Origin: Cetorhinus maximus
Lineage: Eukaryota
DNA length: 64,000 nt
Direction: 5' to 3'
Assembly (NCBI RefSeq): GCF_964194155.1
Contig: NC_135901.1
Location: 21,390,001 to 21,454,000 of the forward strand
The notes under the pieces were generated by a model that was not told the origin of the DNA, did not search any database, and saw only the letters and a list, made by a program, of their open reading frames with translations. Position numbers and translations under genes: made by a program. Shown one piece after another: positions 23,770-35,879 of this stretch (its first letter is position 1; the number at the start of each line of letters is the position of its first letter).

Positions 23770-24200
23770 TTCAACAATCAGGATCATATTGTATTAATAA
23801 TCGGGATCATAATGTATTTAACAATCAGGACACTAACATTAATAATCAGAATCCTATTGCATCAAAATGAGGATCCTATTACATCAATGCTCAGGTTCCT
23901 ATTAAATTAATGATCAGAGTCCAATTACTTTAAGATTCAGGATCTCAACACATTAATAATCAGGATATTATTACATTAATATTCTGGTGGCCATTGCACC
24001 AACAATCAGGATCTTATTGTATAAATAATCATCCTAATACATTAATAATCAGCATTAATTACATTAATTACAGTTCCAATCGCAATAATAATCAGCTGCC
24101 TACTGCTTCAATAACCAGAAAATTATTGCACTTATCAAAATAATAATCAGAATTATTTCAATTCATAATCAGAGTCATATGGCATCAATAATCAGGACAC
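23770..24200. repeat. AT-rich degenerate ~23-25 bp minisatellite
   Basis: Recurring attaataatcagga core. Confidence 0.7.
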
Positions 24201-24927
24201 TGCATGTTGCCATGAAAGAAGTGGCTGAGACTGAGCAGCTTTGGTGGACAGTCAATTTTCTCCAAACTCTTGTCGAGTCCTGCCCTGCTGAGGGTGCCAA
24301 ATGCTTTCCTGAGATCTACGCTAGTAAGGTAAAGAGGTATATCCTGTTCTCTACATTTCTCTTATAGCTGGCATCTGGAGAAGATCATGTTCACTGTAGA
24401 TCTGTCAGCTCTGTGCTTCTGGATACACTCAGTCTGCAAGTAGATGAAATATTTAAGCATAATCCCAGCAAAGGCCTTCCCAGTGATGCTAAGGAGTGAG
24501 ATGTCCCTGTAGTTTGTTGCAATCTCCTCTGTCACCTTTGTTTTCCCGAAATGTTTGTATCACACATGTCCTGTGGAACTGATCCTGATTGTCAGCAAAG
24601 ATTAATTCGCACTTTCTAATTGGAGATGTTAATCAGTGGAACCTGTCAGACACTGAATTTGCAAAGCCCAATTTAAGATTGAAGTAAAAGTTCATAATTT
24701 TATTGTGAATGAGTTCCTGTTGAGGGTTCTTGAATTAAGGGGAAAGATCACAGATGGTGTTTTTAAAAAGGGACACTACAGTCCCGAAAATCAGTGACAT
24801 TTCCAGAGTATTAAACTCCAGCCAGTTTTCGGGTTGTTAACAACAACAGAAACAAACCAGATATTGTCAGACTATCAGTCCTGGATGTGATTAACAGCAG
24901 CAATAATAGCAGAATCAATCCTTGCAG

Positions 24928-25713
24928 TCACTTGTGAACTCGCTGGTGTCTCAGCAGGCTGCCAGGCTGAGTGAATCCCTTCCCACACACGGAGTAGGTG
25001 AATGGCTTCTCTCCGGTATGAGTGCATTCATGTAAATGCAGGCTGCCAGACTGAGTGAATCCCTTCTCACATGTGGAGCAGGTGAATGGCTTCTCTCCAG
25101 CGTGAGTGCATTCGTGTAATTGCAGGCTCCCAGACTGCGTGAATCCCTTCCCACACACGGAACAGGTGAACGGTCTCTCCCCAGTGTGTGCGCGTTGGTG
25201 AGCAGTGAGGGTGGATGACAGCCTGAAACTCTTCCCACATGAAGTACAGCTGAATGGCTTCTCCCCAGTGTGAATTTGTTGGTGTGACTGAAGACCGGAT
25301 GAATGAGTGAATCCCTTCCCACAAACAGAGCAGGTGAACATCCTCTCCCCAGTGTGAAGTTGCTGATGTGCAGTGAGATGGGATGACCGCCTGAACCTCT
25401 TTCCACAGTATGTGTAGCTGAACGGCCTCTCTTCAGTGTGAATTCTCTGGTGTAACATGAGGCAATATGTTCGAGTAAATCCCTTCCCACACACAGAACA
25501 GATGAACAGCTTCTCCCCAGTGCGACTGCGTAGATGCATTTCCAGCTGGTGTGGATAATAGAATCCTTTACCACAGTACTCACATTTCCACGGTTTCTCC
25601 ATGGTGCCGGCCCTAATGTGGCTACGTCGATGGATTTCCAGAAGGGATGGATAATTGAATCCTTTCCCACAGTCCTCACATTTCCACGGTTTCTCTATGG
25701 TCCCCATGTCCAT
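24928..25713 (-). CDS. Class 1 C2H2 zinc-finger protein, 9 finger units (3 with a lost Zn ligand)
   Basis: Open 261-aa ORF; acceptor ttcacag| at 26055; 3' UTR with AATAAA near 24700, shared with the 31 kb gene. Confidence 0.8.
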   Translation of the reverse strand: MDMGTIEKPWKCEDCGKGFNYPSLLEIHRRSHIRAGTMEKPWKCEYCGKGFYYPHQLEMHLRSRTGEKLFICSVCGKGFTRTYCLMLHQRIHTEERPFSYTYCGKRFRRSSHLTAHQQLHTGERMFTCSVCGKGFTHSSGLQSHQQIHTGEKPFSCTSCGKSFRLSSTLTAHQRAHTGERPFTCSVCGKGFTQSGSLQLHECTHAGEKPFTCSTCEKGFTQSGSLHLHECTHTGEKPFTYSVCGKGFTQPGSLLRHQRVHK

Positions 25714-26487
25714 GTGTCTCTCCAGGTTGGATGATTAGTTGAAGCCTCATCCACACACACAACACATGTAAAGTTTCTCCCACTGTGAACAATGCAATGC
25801 TTTTTCAGGCTAACTGGTTAAAGCTCTTTAGACAGTTGTGCACTGGAACACTCTCACTTGAGTGTGTGTGTCTCAGTGTTTTTCCAGTCACACTGATGTT
25901 TGAAATCTTTTCCCACAGACAGAACAGACAAATATTTCTCCTTCACATTTTAAGGCCAATGATATTCAGGTCCAGATGCATCGAGTGGTTCCGTCAGATT
26001 TGACGTGATGTTTGGTTTGAGTTTCCTGTCTGTAAATCCTCCCTTTCTAATGCCCTGTGAAAGGAGTTTACAAATGTCATCGCTGTAAGTCCAGGAAAGA
26101 AATTCAGAACTGACAGTTCTAGTTTCTGTGGGACATTTTTCATTTTTGCTCCACATCTCACACACTCTGTCTCTTGCCTGCACAGAATCCAGTTAAGTTT
26201 CTTTCTTCCATTCCCAGTTTTCTCTCCCTCTTTACTCTGTCTGGGTTCAGTTCACCATTCCCTGTTTGCAGACTGAGAATAAAATCAATGAGTCAATAAT
26301 TTTCTTTCCTGGTCACTGGAACCCTGAAATCCTGCCTACTCAATTGGCCCTCACCAAGATGGCTGCGCATGCACCCTGCTGGCTGAACAAGCCCTGCCTT
26401 CCTCACTCAAATGGGAACCAGCAGCTGGAGTAACCAGGGCTTGTCACCAGAAAGGGAGGCCCACCTCCCTGATCTGCCCAAACTGCC

Positions 26488-28680
26488 TATTCCTTAGGCA
26501 GTCCCTCAGGTTTGAAGGTGACTTGCTTCCACTCTGATTTGTTGGGTTCTGAGATGGCTGATAAATTCAATGCTTGATCTTCCATGCCCGTCATCAAGTC
26601 CCTATCGACTCTAATCCCATTTTCCAGCACTTGGCCCATAGCCTTGCATGCTATGGCATTTCAAGTGTTCATCTCAATACTTCTTAATTGTTGTGAGGTT
26701 TCTTGCCTCTACCGCCCTTTCAGGCAGTGAGTTGCAGATGTCCCCCACCCTCTGGGTGAAAATACATTCCTCAAATCCCCTCTAAACCTTTAGCCCATCA
26801 CCTTAAATCTATGTCCCCTGGTTATTGACCCCTCCACTAAGGGGAAAAGTTTCTTCCTATCCATGCCCCTCATAACTTTGTACAGCTCAATCAGGTCCCC
26901 CTTCAGCCTTCTCTACTCTAAGGAAAACAATCCCCGCCTATCTAGTCTCTCTTCATAGCTATGAAATGCTCCAGCCCAGGCAATGTCCCAGTGAATCTCC
27001 TCTACACTCTCTCCGGAGCAATCACATCGTTCTCTAAAGCTTTTCCACTGTCCTCCTGGGAGTCTCCTGCTGTGACTGAGTTCCAAGTAGAACAGTTGCT
27101 CTGGGAGTCTGGTGTCCAGAATACGAACAAATGTCCCACCCAGCAGAGCTGGTCTTGAGTGATCAGCCCCTCAATGCCGGGCGAGGTGCTTGGGAGAGGA
27201 CGCTGCTGTTGGACTGCCTCTCTTGCCACTGGATTTGGAGGATTTTGTGAAGGCATCACTGGTGGTACTTCTCCAGTGCTCTGAGGTACATGATGTAGGT
27301 TGTCCAAGTCTCTGAAGCCTGTAGGAGCACAGGGATCACTGCTGCCCAGTAACCCACGACCTGAGTCCCAGGTTTGACATCCTGGTCCTCAGATAGTCTG
27401 TTCTTCATTTTGCCGAACACTGGAGGCGATGAGGAATGTTGTCGTCTATGTCTGCCTTCATCGAGTTGAAGCTCCCAAGATACAGAAAATGGTCCACATT
27501 TTCCATGGTTTCATCATTATTCTTAATCAATGGAGCAGGGGGCGCTGGGGGCTGAGTGCGGGACTGGGACTGATAGGTGGTAAAAAGCCAAAAGACAAAT
27601 AACAGATGGTGGGTAGAAAGTGCACAGTAGATCCAACAACTCGTGGACAGAAACAACATTTGTGGTTTCCTCAGCGCTGTCAAGACAATCTATGGCTGAA
27701 GCACTTAAGGGCCAACCTCACTGACAGCCAAGCACGGAGGGAGCTCATCAAGGGGAGGGAGCTCATCAAGGACAGAGAGTCAGCCAGTGCCACTGGAGAG
27801 AACATTTTGAAGAACTCCTCAACCAAGACTCTGTCTTTGACTTAGAGGCCCTCAACTCCATTCCTCAATACTCCGTTTGGCTCAGTCTTGGTGCTACCAC
27901 AGTCCAGCATAAAAATGAAAAAGCCATTTGACAGCTGAAAAACAAGAAGGCCTCTGGAGCAGATGGAATCCCTGCCGGAATTCTGAAACACAGTGGAGTT
28001 ACAATCCTGGCCCGGCTGCACAACCTCATATCCCTCATCAGCAAAGAGTCCATGTTGGGGAATCTCTGGGACACTGTGATTGTGACGATTTTCAGGAAGG
28101 GAAACAAGTCTGATTGCGGTAATTACAGAGGAGTCTCCCTGCTGCCTGCCACAGGGAAAATCATTACAAGGATTCTCCTCAATCACCTTCTCTTAGTGGC
28201 CAAAGAGCTCCTTCCAGATTCACAGTGCGGTTTTCCCCCATCAAAAGGCACCAGAGACGTGATCTTCACTGCACAGCAAACCCAAGAAAATTGCAAGGAA
28301 CAGCACCAAACACTGTCCTTAGCCTTTTTTGTCCTCACAAAAGCCTTTTACATTGTCAAACGTCACATTTTATCCATATCCTCCTCAAACGTGGCTGTCT
28401 TCATAAATTTGCCACCATCTTCTGCCTACCCAATGATGATATGACAGCCATGATCCTCATCAACGGAACCACCACAGATCCTAACTCAGTGAAGACTGGG
28501 ATCAGACAAGGCTGCGTCATTGCACCAGCCCCATTCTCCGTTTTCCTCTCTGCATCTCACCTTGAGAAAATTACCCATGGGCGTGGATATAATCAACAGA
28601 ACAGACGGGAAACCTACATCACCTTCAAAGCAAAACCAGAATCAGTCCAACCTCAGACATTGAGCTCCAGTGTGTAGGTG
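26488..28680 (-). mobile_element. RTE LINE with 5' inversion, interrupted by a CR1
   Basis: Minus-strand 3' part (ENVDHFLYLGS at ~27530-27420; tail at 26488); plus-strand RT N-part 27600-28676 (CGNYRGVSLL..LPDSQCGF..GIRQGCVIAP). Confidence 0.8.
26590..27030 (-). mobile_element. CR1 3' fragment nested in the RTE
   Basis: Similar to the reverse-strand CR1 3' ends at 35.9, 39.7 and 45.3 kb. Confidence 0.8.
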
Positions 28681-28959
28681 CCTGATTTCTACATTAAATC
28701 CACCCACGATTCCATAACCCTTAATAGTCTTGCCTCACAAATGTCCAGCAATCTCAGTTTTTAAATTGTTAACTGACGAAATCTCAACAGAATTCCAGGT
28801 TTCCACTATATTTTGTGTCAAGTGATTTCTGACATTGTTCCTGAACAGCCTAATCTCAGTTACACAAATAAATATCACTGATTTGTACATTTAAATGGTA
28901 ACAATTATTTTACTCTTAACTAGTCATACAACAAATTTTCAGAAAAACTATAATTTTAG

Positions 28960-29120
28960 TAAAATACTGTGTATGCTGGAAATCTGAAATAAAAACAGAA
29001 AGTTATGGAAATCCTCAGCAGGTTTGGCAGCTTCTGTGAAGAGAGAGAAACAGATTTAACATTTCCAATCCAATATGATTCTTCTTCAGAACTGAGTATT
29101 TCCAGCATTCTGACTTCATT
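28960..29120 (-). mobile_element. Short Penelope-terminus-derived repeat
   Basis: gctggaaatctgaaataaaaacaga..ctcagcagg..gattcttcttcagaactg. Confidence 0.6.
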
Positions 29121-29239
29121 TTAAACACATAATTGATGTAAACTTTATTGTCCTTACAGGTATCTGGATGTAAATCTGATTTCAGACCTTCCTCGGAACA
29201 GTTTTCAAACTGACTCCAGCTCATTGTCCATTCCTTCAA

Positions 29240-30060
29240 TAAAAACCCGGATGGAAAACCCTCAGCGCAAGATGGCGGCGGCCGGTTGCCCGGGTAACCC
29301 GGACCTGTCACCGGGGAGGAAGCCCTGCACTCACACCCCTGCTTTCACCAAGGTGGCCGTTCATGATCCCGGCATCCTGAACAAGACCCGCCATCCTCTC
29401 CCAAGATGGCGGCCGGTGAGCCAGCTCCCAGTGCGCAGGTGCAGTGTGGGTGTACGCTCTGAGCATGCTCAGTGTCAGTCATGGGGACAGAGTGAGGAGG
29501 AGCGGACGGTTCGGGAGGCCGGAGCAGATTGTGAGCACAGGGTAGGAATGGAAACCGCGGCTGGACTGGGAACTGGATCAACTTCTGGGGTAGGCCCAGG
29601 GCCCCGTGTTTACCCCGCGGTGACAGGCCCGGGGGGAGGGAGCGATGGAGCCGGCGGCTGGACAGGGAGGATTTGGAAACACTTTGTGGATCCGCAAACC
29701 CTGAGGAATAATTGTCAGCTCCTGGTTTGCAGCTGCGGGGCTTCTCCCTCCCGGGAACAGGCCCAGGTTAACGGCCGCCATCCTGGCTCAGCGAGTGGAG
29801 GATGGTTCACATCAGAGGATGGGGGAGGGGGGACAATAAATAAGAGGTGACACTTTGGGCTCAAATCAATGAGGAATCTGATCTGTGGGAAGGAAGGAAA
29901 CCCTGGGAGGTGGGCGGGGAGGATTCAGAAACACCCGCTGGAGGCCCCAAACCCCCAATATGAATCTGCAGGTCCCGCGTTTGCAGCTCCGGGACTTTAT
30001 GCTTTATGTGCGGCCATTTTGGTGACGCAACAGAGAGTGGGCGGGGCTTCAGGGTCCCTG
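29240..30060. promoter_or_regulatory. Likely bidirectional CpG-island promoter between divergent ZNF genes (25.7 kb - and 31.1 kb +)
   Basis: YY1 motifs facing both ways: caagatggcggc at 29268 and 29402; gccgccatc at ~29774 and gcggccatttt at ~30010. Confidence 0.75.
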
Positions 30061-30339
30061 TGACCAGGAGAGAAAATGATTCATTCATTGATGTTGTTCT
30101 CACTTTGCACACAAAGGCTTGAGAATTGAACCCGGTCAGAGCAAAGGAGAGGGAGGAAGTAAATGGGAGTGTAGGAAAGGAATGGTGGAGATGGTGCGAT
30201 GGGTTTGGATTTTAGCACAGGGAGGAGCGAGAGCTTGTGCGACAGGGATTCACAGCTCTGGAGGAACAAGAGAGGTAAATTATGTTTGAGAGAAACTAGA
30301 CTTGTTCGTTTTGAATTCCTGTTCTGTTCTTACAGGGAT

Positions 30340-30678
30340 GGGGAAGATCTTGTGGCGCATTGAGTAGTGTCCCTGCCTCTGAGCTGAAGCTCCAGGTTCC
30401 ACTTCAGGACTTGATGGCCATGGATGATGTGTTCATACAGTGTATTCCAAACAGGTTGCTTATGAACCTGTAAATCCTTCCAAAATGCCAATGACAGGCA
30501 GTAAGAGCGGGAGAGTCCCCTGGTCAGCTGTGCTTGATGTGTGATAGCACCCTCATGCAATTGCCTCTGGTGACAGGCTAGCAAACTGTTCCAGGACAAA
30601 GTAGCTATGGAAACAGATGTAAGCACATGATTTGTCTACATCATATGCCACTAGGCATGGGAAAAGAAAAATACCTAT
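30340..30678 (+). mobile_element. tRNA-like SINE inserted just upstream of the ZNF acceptor
   Basis: A-box-like tggcgcattgagt and B-box-like ggttccac; interrupts an intron end that is continuous in paralogs. Confidence 0.55.
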
Positions 30679-31061
30679 GGTGATGATTTTAGTGAACTCC
30701 TTTCACAGCCGCTTCGAAGTGAAGGATTGCAGAAGTGAAATTCAGATCAAACCTCATATCAAGTTTTGGTTGAGTCAGTCCATTCATCGGGACCTCAATA
30801 TCATCCGCCTTTGAATGTGGAAGGAGAAATGTTTGTCTGTTCTGTCTGAGGGAAAAGATTTCAAACATCAGTGTGACTGGAACAGCACCAAGACACAGAC
30901 CCGAGAGAGAGTGTTCCAGTGAACTGACTGTGGGAAGAGCTTTAACCAGTTACACAGGTGAAGAAAACATCACAGGATTCACAGGAGGGAGAAGCTGTGC
31001 ACATGTTCTGTGTGGATGAGGCTTCAAGCGATTGTCCAACCTATAGGAACGCACCCACACA

Positions 31062-32048
31062 ATGGAAAAACTGTGGAAATGTGAGGATTGTGGGAAAGGA
31101 TTCAGTTACCCATCCCTGCTGGAAAACCATCGACGCAGTCACACTGGGGAGAGGCCGTTCACCTGCTCCGAGTGTGGAAAGGGATTTACTCAGTCATCCA
31201 ACCTATCATTACACCAGCGAGTTCATAGCAGGGAGAGGCCGTTCACCTGCCCTGTGTGTGGGAAGGGATTCACTCAGTCATCTGGCCTTTGGTCACACCA
31301 GCGAATTCACTCTGAGGAGAAACCATTCAACTGCACTTCCTGTGGGAAGAAATTCAGGCATTCTCCTGCCCTCACTGCTCACCAACGCACTCACACTGGG
31401 GAGAGGCTGTTCACCTGCTCTGAGTGTGGGAAGAGATTCACTCAGTCATCTAACCTAGCATTACACCAGCGAGCTCATACCGGGGACAGGCCGTTTACCT
31501 GCTCAGTGTGTGGGGAGGGATTTACTGGGACATCCCACTTGCTGTCACACCGGCGAATTCACATTGAAGAGAAGCCATTCAGCTGCACTTCTTGTGGAAA
31601 GAGTTTCAGACAGGCATCCTCCCTCATTGCACACGAGCGAGTTCACACTGGGGAGAGACCGTTCACCTGCTCCACGTGTGGGAAGGGATTCACAGTTTTT
31701 CCCAACCTGCTGAGACACCTGCGAATTCACACCGAGGAGAAGCCATTCAGCTGCACTTTCTGTGGAAAGAAGTTCAGGCAGTCTTCCAACCTCATTTTAC
31801 ACCATCGAGTTCACACTGGGGAGAGACCGTTCATCTGCTCCGTGTGTGGGAAAGGTTTCAATCGGTCATCCAATCTCACTGCACACCAGCGAGTTCACAC
31901 TGGGGAGAGACCATTCACTTGCTCGCTGTGTGGGAAGGGATTTGCAAAGTCTTTCAACTTGCTGACCCACCAACGCACTCACACTGAGAAGAGGTTATTC
32001 AACTCTCTGTGTGTGGGAAGGGATTCACTCAGTCACGATGCCTCCTGA
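31062..32048 (+). CDS. Class 1 C2H2 zinc-finger protein, 11 intact fingers plus a frameshifted 12th
   Basis: 328-aa ORF MEKLWKCEDC..; acceptor at 30708; AATAAA at ~32296. Confidence 0.88.
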   Translation: MEKLWKCEDCGKGFSYPSLLENHRRSHTGERPFTCSECGKGFTQSSNLSLHQRVHSRERPFTCPVCGKGFTQSSGLWSHQRIHSEEKPFNCTSCGKKFRHSPALTAHQRTHTGERLFTCSECGKRFTQSSNLALHQRAHTGDRPFTCSVCGEGFTGTSHLLSHRRIHIEEKPFSCTSCGKSFRQASSLIAHERVHTGERPFTCSTCGKGFTVFPNLLRHLRIHTEEKPFSCTFCGKKFRQSSNLILHHRVHTGERPFICSVCGKGFNRSSNLTAHQRVHTGERPFTCSLCGKGFAKSFNLLTHQRTHTEKRLFNSLCVGRDSLSHDAS

Positions 32049-34309
32049 GACATCAGCAAGTTCATAAGTGGCTGCAGGGATCGGATTCTGCTGTTATTCC
32101 TGCTGTTAGTCGTGTTTAGTATTGCTAGTCTGACAATATTTTGTTTCTTTATGCTGATGTTAACAGCCCAATAACTGGGTGGAGTTTAATATTCTGGAGA
32201 TGTCACTGACTTTCAAGGCTGCAGTGTCCCTTTTTAAAAGCGCCATCTGTGATCTTTCTCCTTAGCTCAAGAACTCTCAAGAGGAACCCACTTACAATAA
32301 AATTATGAACTTAATTTTGAATCTTAAATTGATCTTTGGTGCAAAATCTACCATTCAGTATCTCAAAGGTACAGCTGCACGTGTCAAAATACTTTTTTCT
32401 TCAAAGGCTCTTGAGATTTTCTTGAGGGCTATTCTTTGATTTTGGAGAACTTCGAGTTGGGTTGCAGGGGCTCCTTTATCATTCTCACTATTAGGTGCTA
32501 CAGTCACACAGTAACATTATCTTGTGTATTTACATTGATCTTTTTGCAGGGTCCCATCTTTCAATAGATAACAGCCCAAATACCCACACTGTGTATGTAT
32601 TAAATCTTTTAACTTGGAATCTATAAATAAGATGTTTTTGTAAATTTATTTTAAATTAATCTCCCATACTCCATTTCCTTCATGAAAATTCCAACCATTT
32701 GATACAAGGTAACTTATTGGGAATGAACAGCCCCTGGACAGAGGTGAAAGTGCAGATGTTGAATTTCCTGCACTTACATGGGAAGATGCCTTTGGAAGTT
32801 TATAAGTTCTGTATTTCTAAAAACAAATATATTATAGAAAGGATCTGCCTCGTGTGCGTTCTCACTACATGACTGACTGACATTGTTTTCACTCTCTATG
32901 GATAAGCTGAAGTTGCTGCCAACTGTCTGTGTCCCTTTTCTCTTTGGAAAACTGGTTTGAAAAAGTAGCACTTGGCAGGGTTTATATCAAATCCCCTGAC
33001 AATTATATTCACCTATCATCAAATAAAGACACTTTCTAATACTCTATGTCAAGTGAACATCTTTCTGGATAAAAACAGGACTTGCTGCATTGATCAAAGT
33101 AGATTGAACACATTTCATTTTGTTGAAATTAAGTTAACCAGATACTTTTAATCCTTGGTTTCAGGTTTTACTCATTTTATTGGATATTGTTCAAATCATA
33201 AAGCGCTTATATATTTGGTAAATAAACGCAGAATGTTTTTTGGATCAGATGGTGGAGCAGGAAAAAACTCTTGTCTTTCTGATTTTCATTGTGTGTGTAA
33301 TTACATTCAAAATTCATCAGTAACATCACTATACCAGCTGAGATCAGCTCAGAATGGGGGTTCTGTATGTTGTCTGTGAGCGTTAACCAGCACATAACTG
33401 TTTAAGAATGTAAACCTTGACAAATGTATCTCAACTTCTAATTTGGCATATGTGATTAGCCAGTGAGTTCACAATACCTGGTTACTCAAATACCTGTGCT
33501 GTACACTTGTGGATGTTTCAACCCACCTCCTGAGATATATAAAAATAATCAAGGCTCACTTGGCAGAATGGAGAGAGCTCTGTGCTTCTCTGCAGGTTGA
33601 TTCAATCTTTATGAGGCTCACACTGCTCTAAAACCTAGTTCCGTCTCAGGGAGACACAGCTCCTGCACACATCACTGACTCAGGCAGCACGCTCGCAAGC
33701 TTCCTTCCTCAAAATGGGTGGCAAAGCTGCTCCTCCAATCACAGATTCTGTCTGGAGAAGCAGCAAAATCATGAGAGGCAGAATCAGTCATTGGAGGAGC
33801 TGATCTTCACAGGTTCTTTCTCCCACATATGGGGGTAATTTTTCTTCCAGTGGCTGCTCCCATGATAGAATTTTCACAGGCATTTTGGGGATGAATTTGT
33901 CCCCTGTGTATTTTGAACCTAGGTTCTGAATTACTGTCACTCTGATTTTAAGGCTTCCTGGAGTAATACACAGATCCAGATCTTGCCACCTAACACCAAT
34001 CCATATCCTCAACTGAATTCACATTTTCATGTGATTGTCCAATACAGACATTTATCATTTAATTCCTTTAAACGTGGTCCAGCACACCACCATCACACAC
34101 AAATGACAAGAGATTGTCTTTGAAATCAGTTGTTCCTTTATCATGTGTTTTTCTGAATGATGACAGTATTAACCTTTTCTTGACACCTGAAAAGAGACAA
34201 TGTGCAAAGTTACTTTTCTTGAACCTAACCCTTCTGCCGGTTCATTTATTGAAACCAGGAACTCTCCTTGTTCTGATGGTGACATTCCCTGTCCGCCCAG
34301 TTATTCACA

Positions 34310-35040
34310 GTATCTTTACAGTGCAAAAGGAGACTATTCAGCCCATTAAGTCTGTACTAGCTCTCTGAAAAGAGCATTCCACCTCGTCCCACTCCCCTGC
34401 CTTATCCCTGTAACTTTGCACATTGTCTCTTTTCAGGTGTCAATCCAATTCCCTTTTGAATACCTCAAGCATCCTGCCTCCACCACCCTTTCAGGAAGTT
34501 TGTTCCAGACTCCAACCACTCTCTGGGTGAAAAAAAATTCCTCACATTACTTTTAATCCTTTTGCCAATTATTTTGAAAGTGTGCCCTTCAGTTCTTGAT
34601 GTTCTCTTGAGTAGGAACAGTTTCATTATTTATCCTGTCCATACCCCTCAGGATTTTGACTACCTCTATCAAGTCTCCTCTCAGCCTTCTTTTCTCCTAT
34701 GAAAACAGTCCCAAACTCTCCAATCTATCCTCATAGCTACAGTTCTTCATCCTGGCAAGCATTCTTGTGAATCTCCTCTGTACTCTCTCCAATGTCTTCA
34801 CATCCGCCCTCAAGTATGGTGCCCAGAACTGGACGTATACTCCAAATGAGGCCTAAATAGTGTCTCATACAAATTCAACATGACCTGCTTACTGTTGTAC
34901 TCAATGCCCCATTAATAAAGCCTAAGATACTAAATGCTTTATTAACTGCTCTCTCAACATGCCCTCTCACCATCAATGACATGTACACCAAGGTCCCTGT
35001 GTTTCTGCACCACCATTAGAGGCTCTCCCTTTATTTTATA
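34310..35040 (-). mobile_element. Old CR1 3' fragment
   Basis: Minus strand encodes RPHLEYTSSSGHH-like CR1 C-terminus; it splits a segment that is continuous at 59865-60010. Confidence 0.8.
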
Positions 35041-35219
35041 CAGATAAAGTCGGTCAATTGTTTGTGCATTGTTTCATCATGTTCCCACATTTCAGTGACA
35101 AATGTTGAACTGTTTACTCCACACCCACAGGGTTTCATCTGTTTAAAGCCACAAACAGAAAGATCCAGTTTTCTTCTGGAGTTTGAGGCAAATCAGCTTT
35201 CAAAATGATGCAGAGTTTC

Positions 35220-35660
35220 AGCCAATGAGGGAGATCCGGGCTCAGCCCCGCCCCTCATTCACTCCGATTGGTTGGAGGGCTAGTCGTTCCCGCTTGGTCC
35301 TCCAGCCCCGCCCCCTATTCCTATTGGTCCGAAGCTGCCGTCAATCACCCCCCAAAAAATTGTGATCTGGTGCATGCGCAGTGCGGGTAATGGCGATGGA
35401 AAGACGCTTGTTTGTCTCAGCTTCAGGCGGTAAGAGAATTTGCGGAGTAGAGGGAGAAACGGAGCTGGTGGGTGGACGGGGCGGGTTCGTAAGTACACGA
35501 TGCGGCTCTGAACTCAGGATAAGAAGCCACTGGTGTCGAGTTTGTATCTGTGGGACGGAGGCTGCGGGATCGCGTCTCCAGCAATAGGCCCGGATTAACG
35601 GCCGCCATCTTTACCGGGTCAATGTGAAGCATTGCGCATGCGCGGTCGTCCCTGTCACGT
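35220..35660 (+). promoter_or_regulatory. CpG-island promoter and putative exon 1 (donor g|gtaaga at 35429/35430)
   Basis: CCAAT at 35222, attgg at 35267 and 35323, GC boxes ccccgccc, NRF1 tgcatgcgca at 35371 and tgcgcatgcgc at 35633, YY1 gccgccatctt at 35601. Confidence 0.8.
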
Positions 35661-35679
35661 GTCAACAGGAGGAGAGAAT

Positions 35680-35822
35680 ATTGTGAATTTCTATCCTGGA
35701 CTGACAAGGATGGATTTTGGAAACTCCTTTTACAGGGGGTTAGAAGGGGAGGATATACACAAAGCAAACTAAAACCAAACATCACATTAAAATCAGACTC
35801 TAGTCACTCCATTCATCAGCCT
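35680..35822 (+). pseudogene. Truncated ZNF exon-2 stub (acceptor at 35735)
   Basis: aactccttttacag|ggggttagaagggg..aaccaaacatcaca..cattcatcag. Confidence 0.65.
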
Positions 35823-35879
35823 TTGAGTTTAAGTATTGAGTTCCAGGTCATTAACACTCACTTTGTGAAATTTCGTCCT

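Noticed and set aside
29224-29850. 208-aa ORF across the CpG island (similar ORFs at 13575-14128, 35423-35785, 60253-60624)
   Set aside because: GC-rich promoter DNA is poor in stops; no domain seen and the frames are not conserved beyond the converted block
30958-31987. Alternative-frame ORFs over ZNF arrays ([14 protein letters not shown].., HWGETVHLL..), also at 24951, 41633, 48587, 61269
   Set aside because: Expected off-frame translations of repetitive finger codons; no independent support
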